Assembly (NCBI GenBank): GCA_963814995.1
Contig: CAWFFF010000005.1
Location: 320,719-384,718 of the forward strand
Length of the DNA stretch: 64,000 nucleotides
From: an uncultured Actinomycetes bacterium
GTDB lineage: Bacteria; Actinomycetota; Acidimicrobiia; IMCC26256; PALSA-610
Direction: 5' to 3'
Made by a program: the position numbers and the translations under genes. Shown in pieces: positions 58,000 through 64,000 of the stretch (position 1 is its first letter; every line of letters starts with the position of its first letter). Under the pieces are notes generated by a model. It did not search any database. It was not told where the DNA came from and saw only the letters and a list, made by a program, of their open reading frames with translations.

Positions 58000-58153
58000 A
58001 TCAAGCGCGGCCGAGACCGCTGAGCTCGCGCGCAACAAGTACCCGCACCGAGCACTGGTCGTCCGCGACGCGAATCGCGGGGCTCGTCTATGCGTCCCCG
58101 GCCGGGCAGAATGCGTGGGTTGGTATGCGCGTTCGAGCGACCGAGAGGACGAG

Positions 58154-58504
58154 ATGATCAACGACTATCCAGGCTGCTACAAGCACGTCGGTGAGATGAT
58201 GGTGAAATTCGGAGTTGAGGCCCCGGGCGTGATGGACGCCTTTTCGAAGTTGCACAGCGCATCAGTCGCCGAAGGTGCGCTGAGCGCAAAGGTCAAGGAG
58301 TTGATGGCCCTCGCGATCGCCATCACCGTGCGCTGCGACGGCTGCATCGCGTTCCATGTCCACGATGCTCTCGAGGCCGGCGCCACACGACCGGAGATCG
58401 CCGAGACCGTCGGGGTCGCAGTGATGATGGGCGGAGGTCCCTCGGTGGTATACGGCTGTCAGGCTCTGGAGGCGCTCGACGAGTTCACGCAAGCCGCAGG
58501 CTAA
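58154..58504 (+). CDS. Carboxymuconolactone decarboxylase-family (AhpD-like) protein
   Basis: The ATG at 58154 follows GAGAGGACGAG. CxxC motif RCDGCIAFHV. Confidence 0.8.
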   Translation: MINDYPGCYKHVGEMMVKFGVEAPGVMDAFSKLHSASVAEGALSAKVKELMALAIAITVRCDGCIAFHVHDALEAGATRPEIAETVGVAVMMGGGPSVVYGCQALEALDEFTQAAG

Positions 58505-58578
58505 CGACCTCTGGTTCCGCGCGACGTCGACGCACAGGCGCCGTACTTCGCCTGCGAACGATCGATCGCGCTACCTTT

Positions 58579-58596
58579 CCTGACGCTGTCGTCAGG
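58579..58596. promoter_or_regulatory. Palindrome CCTGACG-CTGT-CGTCAGG (candidate operator, site 2 of 3)
   Basis: 7-bp perfect arms, 29 nt upstream of the ACAD GTG at 58625. Confidence 0.5.
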
Positions 58597-58624
58597 TTCG
58601 CCAGCCGTGGTCGGAGGAGCAAGG

Positions 58625-59800
58625 GTGCAGCTTGCCTGGAGCCCGGAGGACGAGGCGTTTCGCGCCGAGCTGATCGCGTTCCTCGACCGCAACACACCGG
58701 TCGAGATGGCCTCCGGCTACGACTTCCAAGACACCGGCGACGAGCACGAGCTCGTGCCGCAGTGGATGCGCGACTGGCAGGCGAAGCTCTTCGACTCGGG
58801 CTGGATGATCCCGGGCTACCCGCCCGAGCTCGGCGGCCGGAACTGCACGCCCGTGCAGACGCTCATCTACCTGGAGACGCTCGCGGGTCGCCGGCTCCTG
58901 CGCAGCTCCCACTTCCCGGGCTACGCGATCGTCGCGCCGAGCCTCCTCGAGTTCGGCAACGAGGAGCAGAAGAAGCTCGCGCCGGCCGCCATCCGGGGCG
59001 ACACGATCTGGTGCATCGGCATGAGCGAGCCGAATGCCGGCTCCGACCTCGCCGGGCTGCAGACCCGCGCCGAGCTTCGCGACGACCACTTCGTCGTGAA
59101 CGGGCAGAAGGTCTGGACGAGCTACGCGATGATCGCCCAGAAGTGCTTCTGCTACGTGCGGACCGACCCGACGCTGCCCAAGCACAAGGGCATCTCACTG
59201 CTCATCATCGACGTCGACTCACCTGGTATCGACATCCGCCCACTGCGCCACATCAACGGCACCGCGGGCTTCGCCGAGGTGTTCTTCACCGACGTGATCG
59301 TGCCGCGCGAGAACCTCGTCGGCGGCCTCAACGGCGGCTGGGCGATCACCCAGGGCTCGCTCGCGCACGAGCGCGCGGGCCTCTGGGTCGAGGGCGTGGC
59401 CCGCTTCGAGCAGACGATCGAGGGATTGGTCACGCTGGCCAAGGAGCAGGGGCGCGCGCACGACCCGATCATCCGGCGCAAGATCGCGGCCACGTACGAG
59501 CTGGCCGCGTCGCTCCGCGCGCTCGGCTACAAGGGTTTCGCGTCGTTCGCGCAGGGTTCGAGCGCACCCGAACACAGCTACATGAAGATGGCGATGTCGG
59601 AAGCGAGCAAGGCCGCGTTCGAGCTCGGCATGGAGATCTCGGGCCCGCTCGCGCCGGTCACCGATCCGGAGCTCGGGGCGGACACGAACCGATTCGTGCA
59701 CGGTTTCTTCCTGTCGTTCGCCAACACGATCGCGGGCGGCAGCTCCGAGATCCAACGCAACATCATCGCCCAGCGGGTGCTGGGCCTGCCGAGGCACTGA
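58625..59800 (+). CDS. Acyl-CoA dehydrogenase (large subunit of a probable paired ACAD)
   Basis: RBS GGAGGAG. GMSEPNAGSDLAG, VNGQKVWTS and GGSSEIQRNIIA. Confidence 0.88.
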   Translation: MQLAWSPEDEAFRAELIAFLDRNTPVEMASGYDFQDTGDEHELVPQWMRDWQAKLFDSGWMIPGYPPELGGRNCTPVQTLIYLETLAGRRLLRSSHFPGYAIVAPSLLEFGNEEQKKLAPAAIRGDTIWCIGMSEPNAGSDLAGLQTRAELRDDHFVVNGQKVWTSYAMIAQKCFCYVRTDPTLPKHKGISLLIIDVDSPGIDIRPLRHINGTAGFAEVFFTDVIVPRENLVGGLNGGWAITQGSLAHERAGLWVEGVARFEQTIEGLVTLAKEQGRAHDPIIRRKIAATYELAASLRALGYKGFASFAQGSSAPEHSYMKMAMSEASKAAFELGMEISGPLAPVTDPELGADTNRFVHGFFLSFANTIAGGSSEIQRNIIAQRVLGLPRH

Positions 59801-59810
59801 GGCTCGAGCC

Positions 59811-60743
59811 GTGGACTTCTCACTCACCCCCGATCAGCAACTCCTGCGCGACACCGGCCGAAAGCTGCTCGAACGCGAATGCCCGCCCTCGGTCGTGCGC
59901 GCGCACATCGACGACCCGTCGGCGTACGAGCCGCTCTGGCGTCACCTTTCCGAGTACACCGCGCTCGGCGCGGGCGATGCGGCCGACCTGTGCCTCTTCC
60001 TCGAGGAGACCGGATACGCGGCCGCGCCCGGCCCCTTCCTGGCGACGACCGCGTACATGGCGCTGACGGGCGACGACGCGAGCACGGGCACCGTCGCGCT
60101 CGTCGACGATCCCACGCTCCCGTTCGTGCTCGAAGCCGATCGCGTCGATCGCATCGCGCTGGTGTTCGAAGGAACGCAGATCGCCGTCGTCGACGCCGCC
60201 GACGTTCCCGCCCGGTTCGTGTCGACGGTCGACTTCTCCCGCCGGCTCTTCACGCTCGACGTCCCGCAACTCGCGACCGAGCCCCTCGCGCCGCAGACCT
60301 ACGCCCGCTGGCGCGACCGCACCGCCGCGAGCATGGCGGCCGAGATGGTCGGCACCGCGCGCCGGATCTTCGACATGGCGCTGGCGTACGCGAAGGAGCG
60401 CAAGCAGTTCGACGTGCCGATCGGTTCGTTCCAGGCGATCCAGCACAAGCTCGCCGACATGTCGCTCGCGCTCGAGCGTTCGACCGCGGCCGTGCACTAC
60501 GCGGCGATGACGATCGACGGCGACGATCCCGACCGCACCCGCGCGTGCCACGTCGCGAAGGCCGCGGCGGGTGAGGCCGCGCGCCGGATCCTGAAGGACG
60601 GCATCCAGATCCACGGCGGTATCGGCTACACGTGGGAGCACGACCTCCACCTGTACCTGCGCCGGGCGACGGCCGACGAGTACCTCTTCGGCACGACCGG
60701 CTGGCATCTCGACCGCCTCGCCGCCCTGCTGATCGACCGCTGA
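59811..60743 (+). CDS. Acyl-CoA dehydrogenase-family protein (shorter partner subunit)
   Basis: YAKERKQFDVPIGSFQAIQHKLADM and HGGIGYTWEHDLHLYLRR. Only 310 aa, immediately after a full-length ACAD. Confidence 0.8.
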   Translation: MDFSLTPDQQLLRDTGRKLLERECPPSVVRAHIDDPSAYEPLWRHLSEYTALGAGDAADLCLFLEETGYAAAPGPFLATTAYMALTGDDASTGTVALVDDPTLPFVLEADRVDRIALVFEGTQIAVVDAADVPARFVSTVDFSRRLFTLDVPQLATEPLAPQTYARWRDRTAASMAAEMVGTARRIFDMALAYAKERKQFDVPIGSFQAIQHKLADMSLALERSTAAVHYAAMTIDGDDPDRTRACHVAKAAAGEAARRILKDGIQIHGGIGYTWEHDLHLYLRRATADEYLFGTTGWHLDRLAALLIDR

Positions 60744-60832
60744 GCGCACCGAACCACGCTCGCGCCGGCGTCCGGGTGCGCGCCTGAATCCGGGCCTCAA
60801 CCCCGTCGGCGCCGGTGCCGACTCCATGACGT

Positions 60833-61627
60833 ATGCCGCGACTCGCCGGAATGCTCGCGCTCGTCGTCGCGCTCGCCGCGTGCGGCGGGGCCGACTTCGA
60901 CGCGAAGGCGTCGAGCACGCCGTCGACCCCGGCCCAGGCCCGGCCCGTGACTGCGACGGTCGCCGAGCGTCCGTACGTCGATGCGATGGTCGCGAGCGCG
61001 GCGGCGAGCGACGGCAAGTCCGCACTGAGCGCGTCGACGTACCGGTGCATCGCGACCGCAATCGTGCGCGGCTACGGCACGGGCGCGTTCGAGGCGACGG
61101 GCATCACCCCCAACGGACTGCGCAACCCGGACAGCTCCCTCGACGGCCTCCCCGATCCCACCGACGACCAGGTGACCGACATCGGGTTCGCGCTCCAGCA
61201 CTGCCACGTCGCCCAGGAGGTCGCCGCCAGTCTCGCCCACGGGCTCGGCGTCACCGACGCGCCGTCGGTCGCGTGCCTGACGAAGAAGGTCGAGGTCGGG
61301 CCGGACGCGCGCCGTTTCATCGTGCTCGTCCTGCTCGAGCGCAAGGTCGACCTGCCGGCCGCGCACTCGCTGATCGGGTTGGTGGCGTCGTGCGTCGACC
61401 TGGCCGATGTCGTGCTGCGCGCGGCGAACGTGCCGATCGATCCGGCGACCCGCACCTGCCTGGTCGACGCGCTGCACGGTTCGGACGCGCAGCTCGAGGA
61501 CTTCCTCGCCCTGCGCGTGGCGGGAGCCGACCCGGACACGGCCGAGCAGGCGTCGGAGCAGCTGTCGATCGCGCTGAACCAGTGCCGTCCCTCGGCGCAC
61601 ACCGGCTTCACCGTCCCCGGCAGCTGA
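60833..61627 (+). CDS. Lipoprotein (hypothetical)
   Basis: Lipobox MPRLAGMLALVVALAAC|GG. Confidence 0.65.
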   Translation: MPRLAGMLALVVALAACGGADFDAKASSTPSTPAQARPVTATVAERPYVDAMVASAAASDGKSALSASTYRCIATAIVRGYGTGAFEATGITPNGLRNPDSSLDGLPDPTDDQVTDIGFALQHCHVAQEVAASLAHGLGVTDAPSVACLTKKVEVGPDARRFIVLVLLERKVDLPAAHSLIGLVASCVDLADVVLRAANVPIDPATRTCLVDALHGSDAQLEDFLALRVAGADPDTAEQASEQLSIALNQCRPSAHTGFTVPGS

Positions 61628-61706
61628 CACCCGCGGCCCGGCGCGACCGGGGCCGGTCGTTGCCCCGGGCTTCCTTGGTCGGCCTCCGGGCCAGCGTCTA
61701 CACTTC

Positions 61707-61724
61707 CCTGACGTCTGCGTCAGT
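61707..61724. promoter_or_regulatory. Palindrome CCTGACG-TCTG-CGTCAGT (candidate operator, site 3 of 3)
   Basis: 6-bp perfect arms (CTGACG/CGTCAG), 19 nt upstream of the ATG at 61743. RBS AGGGGGAAG. Confidence 0.45.
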
Positions 61725-61742
61725 TTTGCGAGGGGGAAGCTC

Positions 61743-63590
61743 ATGACGAATGTCGACCTGGTTCGCCTCGCCGGTAGCCGGGGCCGCATCTCCGATGCGC
61801 TCACCGTCGATCTCGTCACCGCGGAGGTCATCCGGGGCGGGATGGAGACAGTCTGCTTCGAGATGGCGGAGTACGTCTCCCGCACGGCGACGACGCCGAT
61901 CCTGAACCAGTCGAACGAGCGCAACGCCACCGTGCTCGACGCCCGCGGCCGTCTCGCCGCGCTCTCGGTCGGGATCCCGCAGTTCATGCTCACGTCGACA
62001 CTGCCGGTGCGGTTCGCACTCGAGTTCCTCGGCGTCGACGAGTTCCACGAAGGCGACGTGTTCGTCGCGAACGACCCGTACCACGGGGGTGGGCACCTTC
62101 CCGACTACAACGTCTTCGCGCCCGTGTTCGCCGCCGACGACGCCGCGCCGGGCGGGCGGCGCATGGTGCTCATCGCGAGCATCCAGTGCCACCACGGCGA
62201 CACCGGCGGCGGCGTCCCCGGGGGTTACAACATCAGCGCCACCGACATCTGGGGCGAGGGCGTGCGGTGGCCGGTCGTCAAGGTGCTCGACCGCGGCGTC
62301 GAGCGGCGCGACGTCTTGTACGCATTGCAGGTGAACAACCGCATCCCGAGCTACATCGGCGACCTCCGCGCGCAGATCGGCTCCGCGCAGCTCGGCGCCG
62401 AACGACTCGGCGAGCTGATCGACCGCTACGGCGTCGGCGCGATCGAAGACTCCGTCGACTACATGATCGACTACGCCGCGCGGCGTTTCCGCGAAGAGGT
62501 CACGCAGTGGCCCGACGGCGAGTACGAGGCCGACTCCTACGTCGATCACGACCCGCTCGGCAACCCCGACATCCACCTGCACGTCAAAGTCACCGTCGCG
62601 GGCGACGAGCTCACCGTCGACTTCACCGGCACCGACACCCGCAACGAACTGCAGTCGTGGTCGACGTTCGGCAACACGCGCGGGTACACGGTCGGCCAGA
62701 TCGCGGCGATGATGGACCCGGAGATCCCGAAGAACGAAGGCTTCTTCGAGCAGATCAAGCTCGTCGTGCCCAAGGGCTGCCTCCTGAACCCCGAGGCGGG
62801 CAAACCCGTGTCGGCCGGCACGCACCACCCGGGAGCCGACGTCGGCGAGGTCATCGCCAAGGCGATGCAGTACGTGTTGCCCGACCACGCGGTGCCGCAG
62901 ACCTACAAGACCGGTATCCCCACGATCATCGTCGGGGCCGATCCGCGCACCGGCGTCACCTTCACCGACCACTCGGCCGAGGTGTACTCGGGGTGGTGCA
63001 ACGCGTCGAAGGGCATGGACGCCTGGGGTGCGCTGAACGCGAGCTTCGGCAACCTCTGGAAGGCGACCGCCGAGATCAACGAATCGCTGTACCCCCACGT
63101 CCAGTGGAGCCGCGACTACCGCACCGACGGCGGCGGCCCCGGCGAATGGCGAGGCATCTGCGGCTCGCACTACGAGAAGGAAGTACGCGTCGACGCCAAG
63201 GTGTACACGTACGTTGTCGGCATGAAGTACCCGATGCCGGGCATCTGCGGCGGCGTCGACGGTTCGCCCAACGAGATGATCATCCGTTACGGCAGCGACG
63301 ACGAGTTCAAGGTGAAGCACACCGCCGAGTGGGTCCCCATTCACGCGGGTGAGCGCATCATGTTCGACTACGGCGGCGGGGGCGGATGGGGCGATCCCCT
63401 CGACCGCGACCCGCAGGCCGTGCTCGACGACGTCCTCGACGAGTACGTGTCGGTCACGGGCGCGGGCCGCGACTACGGCGTGGTGCTCGACGGCTCGCTC
63501 GAGGACCTCACCCTCGAGATCGACCACGTCGGCACGCACGCCCTCCGGGAACGCATGCGGGGCGAGCGGACGCGAGCCGAGCAGCGCTGA
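61743..63590 (+). CDS. Hydantoinase B/oxoprolinase-family protein (HyuB-like)
   Basis: FVANDPYHGGGHLPDYNVFAPVF, GWCNASKGMDAWG and GGGGWGDPLDRDP. Confidence 0.85.
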   Translation: MTNVDLVRLAGSRGRISDALTVDLVTAEVIRGGMETVCFEMAEYVSRTATTPILNQSNERNATVLDARGRLAALSVGIPQFMLTSTLPVRFALEFLGVDEFHEGDVFVANDPYHGGGHLPDYNVFAPVFAADDAAPGGRRMVLIASIQCHHGDTGGGVPGGYNISATDIWGEGVRWPVVKVLDRGVERRDVLYALQVNNRIPSYIGDLRAQIGSAQLGAERLGELIDRYGVGAIEDSVDYMIDYAARRFREEVTQWPDGEYEADSYVDHDPLGNPDIHLHVKVTVAGDELTVDFTGTDTRNELQSWSTFGNTRGYTVGQIAAMMDPEIPKNEGFFEQIKLVVPKGCLLNPEAGKPVSAGTHHPGADVGEVIAKAMQYVLPDHAVPQTYKTGIPTIIVGADPRTGVTFTDHSAEVYSGWCNASKGMDAWGALNASFGNLWKATAEINESLYPHVQWSRDYRTDGGGPGEWRGICGSHYEKEVRVDAKVYTYVVGMKYPMPGICGGVDGSPNEMIIRYGSDDEFKVKHTAEWVPIHAGERIMFDYGGGGGWGDPLDRDPQAVLDDVLDEYVSVTGAGRDYGVVLDGSLEDLTLEIDHVGTHALRERMRGERTRAEQR

Positions 63591-63591
63591 G

Positions 63592-64000
63592 ATGGGCTTC
63601 CGCGTAGGAGTCGACGTCGGCGGCACGTTCACCGACCTGATCTGCGTCAGCCCGAGCGGCGAGATCCTGCTCGACAAGACGCCCACGACCCTCGACGACC
63701 AGTCGACCGGAGTGATGAACGGTCTCGGCCAGCTGGCGGAGCACTTCGATCTCGAGCTCGACGCGTTCTGCAAGGATCTCGACATCCTCGTGCACGGCAC
63801 GACCACCGCCGACAACACGATGATCGAAATGAACGGCGCGCCCACGGGCTTGCTCGTCACCGAAGGTCATCGCGACGAGATCGAGCTGCGCCGCTGCCAC
63901 AAAGAGGAGATCTGGGACCCGAACTATCCGGGCCCGATCCCGATCGCACGCCGGCGCGCCCGCATCCCGATCCCCGAGCGCATGGACTTCGAGGGCAACG
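63592..64000 (+). CDS. Hydantoinase A/oxoprolinase-family protein (HyuA-like), N-terminal fragment (continues beyond the window)
   Basis: The ATG at 63592 lies 1 nt after the HyuB stop. MGFRVGVDVGGTFTDLI (ASKHA-fold phosphate-1 motif) and HGTTTADN. The frame is open to the window end and is not in the ORF track because no stop is reached. Confidence 0.8.
   Translation, partial: MGFRVGVDVGGTFTDLICVSPSGEILLDKTPTTLDDQSTGVMNGLGQLAEHFDLELDAFCKDLDILVHGTTTADNTMIEMNGAPTGLLVTEGHRDEIELRRCHKEEIWDPNYPGPIPIARRRARIPIPERMDFEGN

Overview
Very GC-rich, actinobacterial-type chromosomal segment (third codon positions almost all G/C, many long Arg-rich shadow ORFs). It has three parts. (1) 1-2.4 kb: the end of an SbcC-like ATPase gene, a NurA-like gene, tRNA-Cys and a Pro-rich membrane protein. 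(2) About 2.8-50.5 kb: a large cell-envelope polysaccharide/glycoconjugate locus. It holds a priming polyprenyl-phosphate sugar transferase and a CDP-sugar operon (rfbF, an SDR and three tandem C-methyltransferases). It also holds seven or more glycosyltransferases, Wzx, a Wzy-like protein, two PCP/Wzz-Wzc-like proteins, a GDP-mannose 3,5-epimerase-like enzyme and GalT. The rest are two secreted GH26-like hydrolases, DUF4012, an LPXTG protein and two giant repeat-rich secreted proteins. Embedded in this locus are parts of a peptide-modification-type system. These are a 36-aa Shine-Dalgarno-preceded ORF, a PqqD-like protein, an ABC exporter and an FkbM methyltransferase. About 12 kb away sit an HprK-like kinase, a PF14907-type nucleotidyltransferase and a SipW-type S26 peptidase. 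No known RiPP class-defining enzyme is present, and this is my best candidate for an undescribed system. (3) 50.6-64 kb: an acyl-CoA/lipid catabolic cluster (thiolase-like proteins, crotonase, SDR, P450, a paired ACAD, hydantoinase B/A) with a recurring CCTGACG-N4-CGTCAGG palindrome upstream of three transcription units. About 17 genes' worth of reading frames are interrupted by small indels, and one by an in-frame TGA. More than half of these lie between 13.5 and 20 kb. At least two sit in C homopolymers, so consensus error is as likely as real pseudogenisation. No transposase, integrase, CRISPR array or rRNA was seen.
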